A stretch of DNA of 61,948 bases, counting the filler, from Rhabdomonas costata (taxonomy: Eukaryota), in the NCBI GenBank assembly GCA_019059605.1. It is 20 parts of 20 records of this genome, joined end to end, with 100 filler letters (N's around TTAATTAATTAA, not from the genome) between each part and the next. Parts side by side here need not be neighbours in the genome. Positions count along the whole stretch, not along the records: positions 37,257 to 40,258 come from JAHMHO010001569.1; positions 40,359 to 43,361 come from JAHMHO010001570.1; positions 43,462 to 46,462 come from JAHMHO010001571.1; positions 46,563 to 49,559 come from JAHMHO010001572.1; positions 49,660 to 52,655 come from JAHMHO010001573.1; 15 more parts are not named here. One strand, written 5' to 3'. The notes beneath the pieces were generated by a model. It was not told the origin of the DNA. It ran no database searches and worked only from the letters and a program-made list of their open reading frames with translations. Positions within the stretch are counted from its first letter, which is position 1, and each line of letters starts with the position of its first letter. This document shows positions 38,703 to 52,161 of the stretch, in pieces. Position numbers and translations under genes: made by a program.

Positions 38703-40358
38703 CGACAATGACTGTGCTGTCATCCCAGTGGCTTATGTCTTCAGCGTTTGGTGGTTGGCCAATGCCCCTCGTTGTCGAACGTTTTCCCAAAGAGATCTTC
38801 CCGGTGGTTTACATGGTTTGAACTCTTTGGGATTTCGAGGATTTGTCCATTCTCCATTTGGCGTCTCTTTTTCCGGTTTTGAGTGACGTTCTTCACCGTC
38901 GGTGTATTTTTATATTTTTATCGTTGTCCTCGTCATTTGTGTTGCGATGCATCTGCCGCAGTCTTCTGTTGTATATGAGCCTTTCCCGAAATGTGAGCTG
39001 AACGTCGTAAGACGTCTGCGCGGCCTTTCTTGTATTGTATTGGTTGACCATGTCGGAACTTTTTGTCCGTTTTTCGGTCGAGTCACTGCCTGGTGGTTTT
39101 TATTACCTTTTGTCAACCTTTCTTTTTGTCACCCCACCCCCACCCTGCTCTGAAGAACGAGCTAAGGTTGACGCCCTTCTTTAACCTTTCCTTTTTTGTC
39201 GTGTCCCTAGGCTTTCTGTACGCTGTACGCTTCATGGAAAGAAGATGAGAAGGAATGATTCCGCTTGTACTATAGCCACCCCGGAGCTGGATGCACCCCT
39301 CTCCGGTTGGAGTGCAGGGATTGTGCTTTAGACGTTCTCCCCCACATCCTCGATCACTTGGGGTTTGTTGAGGCTTGTTTGGCACACTACACTGTTGCCT
39401 TCAGTTTGTTTGTGGGTGCGGAGGGGATGCAATCCTTTGGGCAGGCTTCCCGTGGGAAGCCAGCGCAGTGCGGTTCGAAAGATGGAACGTTGCACTGGCC
39501 TATCTTTGATCTTCTGATCGATCCTTTCCGTCATCCCCCCGACGCCGGCGGTTTGGCTGCTAAGGACAGCATTTTTGAAGCCCTGTTGTGTTGCCTTCGG
39601 TGGCTTTCTTTTCTGGGCTTCTTCTGGAAGGTGATTCGCGGCCGCATTATTCGCTTGGGTTCACAAATCTTGAGCCGGATCCCCGCAAATTGGATTCCTC
39701 TGGTCGCTTGGCTATGTGATGTGTTTGCATCGTAATAGTTGCTTCTTTCTGACGATATATAAAGTACGTTACACCGTAAACTCAGAACACGGAATTCTTG
39801 GTTTTTTCTGTTGAATGCTTCCCATGCAGAAGACCTACCCGCGCGAGTACCGCACGCCACACAACTTGGCTTGCGATGAGGTGACTTTCCAAAAGGGTGC
39901 AGCGTTCAAAAAATTTTCCCGCCTACAGCGCGTAGAAACACAAAACACCTTTCTTTAATACCGGCGCGAACAAAAACAGCAGGCGGCAGCCAGGGACCAT
40001 ACAATCATCATGCTGAAGACGATGGCAAATATACAGGTTCCGAGGAGACCAGGTTTAAATGGGAAAACTATCCTTATATAGTTTTCGGAGTTTGTTTTAG
40101 CGCTAATCTTTCCTCCGAAAAATTGATGGTGTCAAGTTCAGATTTTCCCGGAAACTTCTATGTTCATACGAGATCTGGACGCGGCCGCGCCTCTTCAAGT
40201 AGATGTGAAGGAGATTCGCAAATATAGTCCCAAACAAAACGTGCATGAACCCCAACACNNNNNNNNNNNNNNNNNNNNNNNNNNNNNNNNNNNNNNNNNN
40301 NNTTAATTAATTAANNNNNNNNNNNNNNNNNNNNNNNNNNNNNNNNNNNNNNNNNNNN

Positions 40359-41170
40359 TGTTTTTGGGCATTGAAAGCGTGAATGCCTTCACCCTGATGG
40401 CACGAGCCAATGCAGACGTTGGATTTTTGTACCACTTACACATCCTTCCAGTTCCGGTCGATGATCGATTGAAGCTGTAGATAAGGCTTGGGACTTTGGG
40501 ATGACGAGATACTGAGTTACCATTGAATTGACTCTCAGACCGGACCTAAGTGATGATCCAATATGATAAGTGCTACACTCGAGCCCAATTTGCAGAACTC
40601 CTGAGCAATGTTGGCGGTCTGATTCTGCGACAAATCAAGCGGATGCCCAATGGTAATGCCTGCTGACCCGCAGATTGCCAGACTGGTAGGCGCATAAATA
40701 CCGTCTATGGCCATTGCAAATTGCCGTTAGTTCCACGATATTTACTCAGCAGGCGTGCCACTCCACTCGCAAGACGCATACAGTATGGAATACAAGACTA
40801 CATTGAGTGGAGTTATGTTGTGTATCTATAGGTTTGCGTCTATGAGAAGGTTCTGGATGAGGGCACTAATGTCCTCCACACCAGTGTGCATGGTTAAGAG
40901 ATGTACTCTCATCACATTGTGCGCTACCAAGACAACGCCACAGTCGCCCACAAGAACAACTTGACGGAGTGATTATTGGCGTCTGGTGCATTAGGAGACC
41001 TGCAGGCATATCAATGAATTCAATGAATCCGTGGCTGCGGTCTTCTGCAATGCCATCTGTCGGGTGTATCCGAATCAAATGGTTGAGAAAGTCTGGCAGC
41101 GCTTCAAGATGTGGAACGCCGTCGACATTATGGTTAAGTAGCTTCGGATGTGGTTTCACAAGGTCTGTGC
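40359..41170 (-). mobile_element. Decayed apurinic-endonuclease (APE) domain of a LINE-type retrotransposon
   Basis: Motifs occur in APE order across frameshifts: KLLNHNVDG, MALQKT (LQET), CGVVLV, IDGIYAP. Confidence 0.6.
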
Positions 41171-43940
41171 GTTACTTATCAGGACTGACGGCAAACCAGG
41201 TCCCGATCAGACAAAGCCAGCTCCACATTTGCAGGCCTCCGGATGAAGCCGGTTTCTACAAGTCTTAGTGGTCCCGCGCTCCACACACTTCAAGCCAGCA
41301 CTCGCCGCAGGAACCAGCTCAGACAGCGGCAGCAGCAGCAGCCCACAGCCCCCATCCGCCGCCACGTTCCATTCAGACCAACCACACAAGCAGGAACCTC
41401 ATAGATCTTGATAATCACACATGAAATAGTACCATCAGCCCAAAGGATTTATTAGGTAGATGTCTCTAAGACGCTGTACCGGTGGACTCTGGTTGACATA
41501 AGTTGAGTCTGTTTAGTGTTTGGTGTGGATCCCCACCAGCATCGTGAATACTGTAAGATGATTGTATCCTCATCGTCACTACCCACCATCTGAACGTAGC
41601 GGGGATGAGTGTGAAGGGTAGTAGGAACGTAGCCGCCTTAGGGCTGTGGAGCGACGACCGAGGGCTTCACGAGGAGTAGGTGAATGAGCGTACCGACTTA
41701 GGTCGTGGAGCGACTGAACAACGCATCTGGGAGGTATGAGCGTAGCAAATGCCGACACTCAGCTTCCAACCCTTCAATCCCCATGTGCCTCAGCCATCAG
41801 TGCATGGCATCATCTCACCAGCACCGGTATCACCCTGGCACCTTACACGCATCTTCCCTTCTGTGGTGGGTTCATGCGTTGGGGTGTCTCATCCTCTCAC
41901 TTCTACCGCCGGAGGCAGCATCAGTTACGTCTCTCTGTCAACCCTTACACAGCCATGCAGTATGAGCTGCATCAATGCTGGGTTCATGCGTTGGGTTGGG
42001 TGATAGATGGTGAGTTGGACTGACAAGTCATCACGAACCCAGGATGTGTAAAGGGTGTGTCATGTCGGGCTCGGCGCCATCCACTTCGCAACTTTACCCA
42101 CTGTGGGAGCGTTAGCCTATGCCAACTCAGCCATTGCTACGCGTAGACATACAGGACTGGGTTACCCTTCCCCTTACACACAGCCGATGCCTTAGCGTTA
42201 CCCTTGGCATGGTGGTGGTTCGGGTAGAGTCACTACACGCAGCCTCCAACAGCAGGTATTCCAACGGTGTGGTGATCCTGTGGTGGTAAGGTGTAGTGCC
42301 CAGCCTGCATGCTACATCCCGAGACGGACAGCCTGACATAGCCACTGTGGTGGGTTGAGTGTAGAGGTAGCGACTCTCACCATACACTTGATGCGTAGGG
42401 TTACACTCACTACAACTATGCCGATCCCCACTACGGGTATGTTGGCACTGCCGCTGCTCGGTTACTCTACGCAAGGATGTGACTCCACGTAGATGTAGCA
42501 GCATCACTACTGGAGGCTTAGCAGATATACCCAACGTGAGTCATGGCATCTACCAAGCTCACCTCCATCGCACACTCAGGCTTAGCGTTAGGAGCTGAGT
42601 TACTGACACCCACTGCATATGTTGACCCATGGCTTCGTGCATGGCGTATACATCCAGCACTACCACTACGGCATATACGTGTGTGTGTTCACCGTATATC
42701 CTACGCTTAACCCTACTGTGGGGTGTGGCCTCTCCTGTCACTGCATCCAGTGCGCTTGGGCGATGGTGTTACCAGCATAGGCTGAGTGTGAGGTACAACT
42801 ACGTGCGCTGTGGTATCCTTCCTCGGCCACTGGATCATCGAGTACTACCACATGAGCTACGTGTGTCCTGTATCGTCAGGAGGTTGTGATCACTAGCTAA
42901 CCCACTGGTTAACCCAACCCGCGGTCACCTACTCGCCGGCATTGACGTGCTATTCGTCGCGGCTTTGGGAATATAACCACACCCTCTTGCGGGTCAACGG
43001 ATGAAACGAGTATCGTACGGTATGATTGGGTAATGGCAAGTCGACATCGAGGTCCTGCTTCGGTGAGTCCTTAAAATCCTATTATTATTTCAGCTAATGT
43101 GGCAGTCTCAGTAAAGCTTCCAGGGAAGAATGTTGGCCCTCCAACGATGGAAATCCAGAAGAAAATCCGCGAAACCGAATGCAAATACCGACACCGAAGG
43201 CGAATACCGACACCAACTCCGAAGAGTGAACACGAAGACCAAAACCCAACGCCAGAACCCGAAACCAAGAAAGCGAAGCCCAAAGACCCGAAGACGAAAG
43301 GAAGAAACCAAACTACCCGAACCCAAAAACCCAAAGACCCACACGAAATGCAAACCCCACCNNNNNNNNNNNNNNNNNNNNNNNNNNNNNNNNNNNNNNN
43401 NNNNNTTAATTAATTAANNNNNNNNNNNNNNNNNNNNNNNNNNNNNNNNNNNNNNNNNNNNTTGTGGGTTGTGGGTCACTCCCTTTCTGCGCTGCTAACT
43501 TCTACTATGTACGTGTGCTGTCTTAACATCCTTTTCACCCAACCTGATGTCACGTTTCACTTGGCTTTCTTGGCTTTCTTGGCTTTCGTTTCCTGACCTT
43601 TTGTCGTTTTCAAAATCTTTCCGATGATTTTTCGCTTAAAACGTGCCAGCTGCCACTGGCCGTTTGCTTATTTATTCGTCTGGCTTGCTATTGTTGGTCA
43701 GGACAAGCCATTTTTCTTCATTTGCTGCGAACGCAGAAGCTGTTGATAGCGGTTTTCTTGCCACCGGGATCTAATGTGTTTCGAACCATAAACAGTACTT
43801 GTGCATCACAGATGTGCTCTGATTTTTCACATCAGGATACCATCGCGCACCCATATGTCCATGGTGCCGCTCTTTTGTGGTGCCTCCAACCGGCTTCGTT
43901 CTTATTGGCTTTCACTCTCCTTTCTTTTTTGTTGGGCCAG

Positions 43941-46251
43941 GTGGTGCACCGAAATTCTGGAAAGTGGGGTCCTGGAGCGGGTAGTTTGTGGCAGCGTGGC
44001 CCTTCCGGGCTGCACGGAGCAGACTGCTGTGCTGGAGGTGAGGCTGGCTGTGCTCAGGCTTCTGCCAGTCCTGCTTACAGGTATGCGAACAAACCTGGAA
44101 GTCCGCTGTGAGATCGCTGTGCGTGTGGTAGCCCTGTTTGCCTCAACCCAGAAATTAGTCTCTTTAGTGTGTTTGCTCCGTACTTCGGGCGACCGAGATA
44201 TGTTGAGATATGTTGAATTCAAAGGCACAAAGAGGACCATGCCCCGCCTTTTTTTTTTTTTTTTTTTGAAAAATTGCACCTCCACCACCCCTGCAGTTTA
44301 TGACGGGGCAATATTTGGGTACAATACAAAATGCAAAGAATTGCCTTTGCATAATGACTGGCAGAGGGAAGGGGACCTCAATTTCTCCCGAAAAAGGTCT
44401 CCAGCAAAAAAAAATAGAGGAAGAACGAAAGCCGTGTTCCCATGAGTGAATAGCAGAATGGATTGGATCAGTTGTAAAATTTTAAACCCTTCGCGCGCCC
44501 CGAAGGGGTTCCGTTGGAGGCCCAGCCTGGACTGCTAGCGGTTCTGACGAGCCGTGGTAGCTCCCCTGGTGGTGTTGGACGCACTCTCTTCGAGGGGGTC
44601 GCGGCTCTGCTGCCTACCCCCCAGCACAGGATCCCCTCCCAGGGCCCCACTGACTCCTCGTGCCGAGAGTCTGCTGGTCTTCTTTCGGCTCAGGTCTGAC
44701 GTGTACACACATAGACGCACACAATGTGAGTATCCGTCTCTCACACCCACACCTATTTCCTTTCCGTATCTGCTGTGCCTGCTTGTGTATTCCTGTGGAC
44801 CCTAAACATTGCTGCTATTTTGGTGGCATCACTGCTGAGAGTGGTCTGGGAATGGCTTTCGGGGTCGCTGCGTACAAATATTGTGGGCTGTTGAGAGCTG
44901 AAATGTGAGTTTCTACAGTTTCGGCACCCTACTTACCCGCGTCCTGTCAGCCTATTTTTGAACGGCATACCGAACAGGTTTTGATGGTTGTGTGATGGGT
45001 ACCCCACTACTGCAACCTGCAGGTTTTTGTTTCGCGGATTTAAACCCCATTCTGCAGGGCTCCATTCCCACACGTTCCCACAACTTGTCGGTCACGCACC
45101 GAAAATTCAAGGCTGCACCAAAATCACCCCCTGCTCATTGCTCATGCTGTCACGGCAACATATCTACGAGTGTTTCAACTAATGCAAGAGGAAGTTGCAT
45201 TTCCGATGGCTCGAACCCAACCAGGCTACTTTTTTGCCCAGTTTGGAGGAACCCTGTTCATTATTTTTCACTGCGCGTGGTGTCTGCCTTTCGCCTGTTG
45301 TTCTGCTGGAAACGAGGGGCTTAGAAGACTCCTGGCCACACTTCATCATTCGAACTCTGGTTTAGCTTCTTCTTCTTCTCTCTTACGTGCCTCGCGCATT
45401 GCGCTGATTTTGAATAGGGAGTTATGATCTAGGTCCATGAACGAATCCCCATGCAAGCGAGCATTCAAGCGATGAATTGGCACGAAAACGAAAATACGCA
45501 TCCTTTTGACCGTCCTTTTTCCCGGAAGCTCTACCATCTTCTCGTCTGAAGTCCTTGCCATTCTCAATTGTTGCCTCTCCCTACCATGTAATGCCTTCAC
45601 AATAGCAAGGTGCTGTAGTATATAGCGAGCCAAATAGTTATTCTCAACTATAGGGAGACATATTTCCCATTCAGGAAACAGAAAGGGTTTGCTCACACGC
45701 CATATTGCGTTGTGATGCAAATTCAAACGTTTTTTATCAACCGGCGCACTGGGGGGGGGGGGGCGCAGGCCCAATAGGACGGCAAATCACGTCAAGTTAT
45801 CAACAGATAACTTGGGGAGCTCGGCGACTGTCTCGTGATATTTGATATTCATTTCCCTGATGCTAACACAATTTGACCGTTCATACAAAAAATACACTCA
45901 AGAGGGATATAACGTCAGCCGTGCTGAAACTAAAAAAATTGCGAAGATGTAAGACCCGTGACGAAGCACTGTTTTAATGTGCCAGATCGGGACCGCGGCC
46001 CACAACGAATTTTCTCTGTATTGTCCTCTCACACTCACATATCTTTCTTTTTCACTGACCTGAATGACTGGTTAGGAACAGCTGGAAATTGTTTTGGCGT
46101 GGTTTCTAATGTGCAGGCTCTCTTGCTGGGCAAGCAAGTGGTGAAGGTGCTGGTCTTTCTGGTGACCCAGGTCCCAGGCTCCGGGCCCGCAATGCTGCGG
46201 CTGGGCCCTTGCCTTTCCGTCTCTTCCCCAGCTGGGAAGGTCAGCTCAGAG
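43941..46251 (+). CDS. Hypothetical Leu-rich helical (ARM/HEAT-like) protein fragment. Exons 43941-44080, 44506-44693, 46117-46251
   Basis: In-frame GT-AG joins, with helical segments EVRLAVLRLLPVLL and KQVVKVLVFLV. Confidence 0.5.
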
Positions 46252-47174
46252 GTTTGCATGCAGGATGCGCCACCCCCTCAACCATTCTCTCAACCTTGAC
46301 CGCAGTATTCTGAGTGTTCTGCACTGACGAGGTCGAATACGCCGGTAGTCCGGTCCATTGAAATGGTGGTGCGTGGAGCAGAGGGCAGATAGAGAATGGC
46401 GCGGACCCCAGCCCTCAAATATTTTAATTTTATTATGCTCATTCGGATTGCACACACCCACCNNNNNNNNNNNNNNNNNNNNNNNNNNNNNNNNNNNNNN
46501 NNNNNNTTAATTAATTAANNNNNNNNNNNNNNNNNNNNNNNNNNNNNNNNNNNNNNNNNNNNTGTTTTTGGGGCCTCTGCCACGTGTTTTTTTTTTTGCT
46601 GTGTCTCAGTAAAGTTGAGTCATTCCCCGATAATGTTCTAGTGTCGTTGTCATACAGGAGTGACAGCAGCAGCAGAGTAATTTGGCCGTTGCTAATTGTC
46701 GTTTGTTGTTGTTTACAGTTGATCATTGTATATGCTCTCACTATATTGCCATAGACACGTATATTTCACCCACCCAGGAACTGGTCAATCATCGTCGCTT
46801 GCCAAGGTTTCCAACAGTCCGTGGCTTCACAGGGAAGGAACTCCAACACCCTGTTCAAATGCCTCCTTTTGCCTTTTGATGCGTTTCACACCTGGTTTCT
46901 TTAAGCACTGCCTGCACGTGGCCCCTGGGGTCAACAAAGCATTTTCAAAGGTTTCCTGTGAAAATACTACTTTGTATACGTACCCATCCACATGGGTGAT
47001 TACATCGGGAGGACAACTCTTTTCTCCCAAGAACCTGTCAAGAAAAGTGTTCGCGTTTTGTCACCACCCATGCGTCCAAAAGTGGGTGAAATCCCGGTGT
47101 CCACAGCGATATGTTAACCCAGAAACCGACTCACACATGAACGGTGCCTGTGCCTGTGGTTGTTTCTTTTGCAG

Positions 47175-49540
47175 GCCGAGCTGAAGGACAAGCCCCTTTT
47201 GAGCAGCAAGGAGGTGATTAACATCCAGTACAGCGGAACCCAGGGCATCCCGCTGCCTGCCGCCCTGACTCACGTGGGGCTCCTCAACAACGGTGCGGAT
47301 GAATTTATGTCGCGATTGGCAGTGACACGAGTGCTTAAGGCCAATGTCAAAGGCTCCTCGGTTTTATTTTGCGGCGCCTTTTCGGTCTCTCCGTCTTTTC
47401 CTTTGGATTTCATCCACCTGGCGCAGGCGCAAAGACATGAATTCACCAAAAGGTACTTTCCATGGGCGGATATTTTTTCCACGTGGGCACCTTGTATGCT
47501 TGCACTCAACCACCAAGAGGTGTATTCCCTTGAAGAGAGCCTCATCCATTTGGGTCATCTGGCTCGCCTGTATAGGGTGCCGCGTATAGGGTACTCCGCT
47601 CTTTCGGCGCTTGTGCGTGGGGTGCACAGGGTACTTCTCCGGAGAGCGCCTGAAACTCACCCCGCACGATGTGTTGTGCATTCCCGTCCCGCTGTTCCAC
47701 TGCTTTGGGATGGTGTCAGGCAACCTTTCCGCGCTGACGCATGGGTACCCCCCCCCCTCTTGTTCCGTCGTACTGCCCACGAGTGGTCGAATTCTGTTCT
47801 TTGTGATCTTTTTGATGAAAACGAACCTGAACGTGCGGTCATTTTCTTCATTGAATTCCGCTGGAAACTCTTGGAAACCCAACTGAGCGCCAAGACATCC
47901 CATAAACGATAGCTGCTTTGTACGGCGGTTTGTGATGGGCAGCGAAAAGTCAGGGTGCGGTTTCGGCAGCGGCCCTTCATTAACACCATCGCGAGTCTTG
48001 TCTCTTCACATGTCTCTTCAGCCAGTTGCTATTCCACTCCACCCAGGTCCCACATCGTGTACCCGTCGGAGGGGTTTGACGTCACCGCGGTGCTTCAGGC
48101 GATCCACACCTTCGAGTGCACCACTCTGCTAGGCGTACCCACCATGTTCCACGAATGCCTGAAGCACCCCAAGCTCTCCGATTTTAATATCTCCCGGCTT
48201 CGCACAGGAATTATGTCAGGTGTGTATCGTACCGTCGTTATCGTGGTTTCGTTTCTCTCTCTCGCAACAGGTGTTCAGGAGAATTTTGTGACGGGGACAG
48301 GACCACCAGAAGAAGAGCCGAACCCTCGACCTAACACGCCGCATGCAGCCTTGCCGAGGCTCTGCGTTTTTTTTTCAAAGTTAGATCGAATTCTTTTCAC
48401 ATCAAGGCCAATTGCTTTTTATCTGTTGGATGTTTTCTAAGATAGTGAGTCTGGATTTGACTTAGATCTGGGCGGGCGTTGGTTCAGCGCCGCACTGGCC
48501 ACCTGTGCTCAAGTGTGCAGCATCGGCAAACGGCCATCTTTTTGCACATTGGAGCGGTGGGCCATTTTATCGGACATTCAGCATGTTCTCGAACCCCCCC
48601 CTCTTTCGTATTCTTCCTATGGTTGCCTTCTTTCAGGTGCACCGTGCCCGGAGCCGCTGATGCGGGAGGTGATGACCAGGCTGAACATCCCCGAGGTGAC
48701 GATTGCCTACGGGATGACCGAGACCAGCCCGATGTCCTGGCAAACCCTGCCCAGCGACACCGTAGCGCGGCGCACCCAGACCGTGGGCACGATCCTCCCC
48801 CACGTCGAGTGCAAGATCGTCGACCCAGAGGGCCGCACGGTGCCTGTGAATACCCCCGGGGAGATCCTCATTCGGGGGTACGTGTTGGTGGCAGGGTACT
48901 ACCGCAACCCCAAGGCCACGGCAGAGGCCGTGGACCGCGACGGCTGGATGTACACTGGGTACGCAGCATTTGTTGCAAATGCCGTGTTGGCTTGGCTTCT
49001 CATTCCGGGGTGCCTCTTCCACCTATGTACTCCGTCTTGCCTGAAGCCGCTTCATCTCATCCGTTAGAATGCAATTGTGTCGTCCTCGTCACCAAAAAAA
49101 GTCACAACAGAATAGTTGCAGTCTAAGGCGTGGTGAACCTGGAGGTGAGGTTTTTTTTCTACTTTTCAACCTGCTCTTTGTGATCAACCCTCCCTCCCTG
49201 TTACTTTTGAGATGACGCGGGCGAAGCACCTTGTTCGCAAACAGGTTGGTTTGATCGCAAACAGATTGATCCTGCCTGGTTGCGATTCGATTAGGTTTCT
49301 GCTTTGAAACAACTCGGTATTTATTAAGCTTTTAGCAGATTTTCATTCACAATTTCCGAACTGAACATTGCAGCAAAGTCCTATCCACATGTCTGCTTCA
49401 CTCAGCCTCATCAGCTGAAAGCCTCTGCAACCTTCTTCCTCAGAGACAAGGGAGTCATCGACGAACTTGGGTACCTGCGAATTGTGGGGCGCATCAAGAA
49501 CATGGTCATCCGCGGCGGGGAGAACATCTTCCCTCGGGAG
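47175..49540 (+). CDS. ACSF2: AMP-dependent acyl-CoA synthetase, ACSF2/YngI-like, partial. Exons 47175-47292, 47630-47744, 48047-48219, 48637-48958, 49444-49540
   Basis: [56 protein letters not shown] and [24 protein letters not shown]. All joins are in frame. Confidence 0.9.
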
Positions 49541-50044
49541 GGAGGGTTGACCACAAACANNNNNNNNNNNNNNNNNNNNNNNNNNNNNNNNNNNNNNNNN
49601 NNNTTAATTAATTAANNNNNNNNNNNNNNNNNNNNNNNNNNNNNNNNNNNNNNNNNNNNCGTGCTGCTTGAATAAAAATAGGTGGCAATGCATGGGTCAA
49701 GGGTTTAAGAGTCCGTGAACAACAGACAACCAAAAAACGCCTGCCAACGTCTCATTCGTATTTTTCCGTATACATGTGGACTATTCACCACCAACCACAA
49801 CCGTAAATACACATAGTGAGTTGGGGGTAAGGGAAAACACTGGTGCGGATGTCAGCCACCGAAATCGGATCGAAATCGGATCCAGGGTCGGCCATTTTGG
49901 TCTCGCTCAAGATGTGATGGTGAAGGCGGGCGCCAGGCGTGGGACATAAGTTGCCTCGGCCCTCTTGGTTGAAGTCTCGTTCAGTGGCGAGACTTGAGAT
50001 GACTGCTGAGGAAAGTGAATGCGTTGACACACACACATGCACAC

Positions 50045-52161
50045 CACAATCGGGACAATGATCGCCACAGGCAGCCAGGGCTGGGGCTTCGCCACGCACG
50101 CGGTGGCATCGCCGTTGGGCTGGTGTGAGGAGTCACACGCCACGCACGCCCACATCCCCGCAGAGGCCGCAATGGTGCCTGGGGGGCAGGGCAGGCATTC
50201 CGTGGCGTTGGCCATGGCGCCGTAGGTCCCTTCCATAATTGCAAGCAGTAGGTGAGAAAATGGTCTGAGTTTTGGTTCTCCACGTGTGACGAAACTGCAG
50301 CACTGAATCGTTTTTTAAGGAGGTCTCCGCGCAATCACAACGCAGAGAGGGACAAAAGGACATACGGAGAGCGAGAATGGACTGTCGAGAAAAGGATTTG
50401 AATATTCTTAAAAGGACGTGTGAAGAACCTGAAGCTGATAACTTCGGCAACAGCGTTTTTATCCTGATCTTCCCGCCCGATCCAGACACAGAAAGAGAGA
50501 GAAGAGAGATAATATTAAGATCGACCCGTGGGGCAGGCCGTGCACTGCGATGAGGTGCCGTTGGAGAACGTGCCCATGAGGCACCCCCTGCACTCCGAGG
50601 CCTGGTCGGTGTTCACGGAAACCGTCCCTAAAAAGGAGGGCGACGCAGAAACGAGAGAAACCGCAATGCAGAGCTCTTCCACAACGACGCACGGGCAGCG
50701 ATGCAGGGAAACCCTCTGGGAATAACCCCGGAGAATAACCCCGGCCAGCCGAGAAAAAGACACGATGCAAAGCCAATGGAACATCAGCACAGGCGCATAT
50801 GAGAGCGAGAGAGCGAGCAAGTGAGAGAGTGCGTGCGTATGTCTCTTGAAAAAAGACTTGACGCTCCAAGCGCTTTATAGTGGCAGAGAACAGATGGATG
50901 GTGTCACAGATGGAGGAGAAAGGAGGGGGGGGGAGAGGTTAGGGTGGTACCGGAGGGACAAGGAAAGCACGTGATGGTAGACGTGCTTAAGTCAAAGGTC
51001 CCGAAAAACCCAGCCCCGCATTTCCGCCCGGGAAGGGTCCACACCCCGTGGTCGACCTGCGCAACCCCCCTACCTGCACTTCAGCAACGACAACAATCCA
51101 CGTCAATTTAAACCGATAGAACAATTGAGGGCAGCAAGGCTTCAATCAAGTGCGCGAGCAGAGGTCGTAAAATGACCGATACGTGAGACAATGCCACAAA
51201 TATTACTGAAAAGCTGTTGTTGAAAACTGTTTACCCTTTGTATGTGTATGCCCCTCTGCTCTGTTTGCTGCTGAGCAAAAAAAAAAAAGAAAAAGGCTCA
51301 CTTGTCAGCGGTGAGCTGCCACGGTCGATCCTTTTGGGGGGCGACTTGCTCGAACAACCTTTCAATGGTCTGAACGGAGCTGCGATGGGAACCCTGGAGG
51401 GAACAAACCGTTGCCGAAGGCATCCACGTCATGCTCAGCAGCTCGGAGTCCTCCAAGCAGGTCCCGTTGGTGATGACCTGACCTGTGGCGTCTGTAATAG
51501 GGCGGCAGAACACCGTGTCCCCATGCAGCCCGCCGTGCATGACCCTCCTGGTCTCATTGGTCACCGCGGCAATCACGGCGGGAGGCACCTGAGAATGTCG
51601 CAATCGAACCCCGGTGGGTAAGGCCTCGGCGGGTGCATGAAAATGTCCTTCCTCTGTGGATGGATCAGTCAGGCCCAACCAGCACGTTTGGAAACAGGGA
51701 CAAGAAGAGGCATAAGTCATCAATACTAAATTGGTGGACCAGAGGCTGAGTGATTTGAAGTGAGGGGTGTTGTGACATGGTTTCCAAAAGGGAAGTGGAA
51801 TGAGGTTGGGGAACATGCAAAATTCATCGGAATTCACCACCACCGCCACGACCACCAACACCAAAACCAACACCAACACCAACACCAGTACTGTGCCCCA
51901 AGTAAGCATAAGAGGAAAAGCAGGAAGATCTCATTTTATTGCATACCAAGAAGGAGAAGTCCGTGAGGGCGACGGCGCCTTGAGCCCACCCGGGCCACCA
52001 GTTCCGCAGCCCATCCTCGCCCACTGCGGTCTGGTATGTGCGGTTCAGCACCAGCAGCGCAATGGGGGTGTACAACGCGCCCCAGCTGAACGTCGCGGAA
52101 ACTAGCACGGTCTCCCCCACGATGACCCGGTAGTCCGAGGAGAACCCGGTCGTCATCATCC
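50045..52161 (-). CDS. Receptor-like membrane protein fragment: BMP/PnrA-type solute-binding domain C-terminus, Cys-rich (GCC2/GCC3, ephrin-receptor-like) repeats and the start of a TM helix
   Basis: TGFSSD...VLVSATFSW...NWWPGWAQGAVALTDFS..VPPAV...VFCRPITDATG...LEDSELLSMTW follows the BMP family pattern. It is followed by CFPCPSGT, CRGCLMGTFS, CTACPTGTY, CLPCPPGT and PWLPVAIIVPIV. Five exons join in frame. Confidence 0.7.
51836..51886. repeat. (ACCAAC)n-like intronic microsatellite
   Basis: Imperfect tandem ACCAAC/ACCACC units. Confidence 0.8.

Noticed and set aside
42041-42055. 15-nt inverted match to 5944-5958 (CCCTTTACACATCCT)
   Set aside because: The match does not extend, and a few 15-mers are expected by chance in 60 kb.
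46309-46320. TCTGAGTGTTCT as a second SL-like copy
   Set aside because: It lacks the A-T(n)-CG 3' half and is too short to support.
21745-49540. Non-standard genetic code
   Set aside because: The conserved genes (CWC22, ACSF2-like, transporter) translate with the standard code and have no in-frame stops once introns are removed.
49541-49559. ACSF2 exon apparently ending at a non-GT (GG) donor, a possible nonconventional intron
   Set aside because: It lies within 20 nt of the contig end, where primer-derived sequence is likely.
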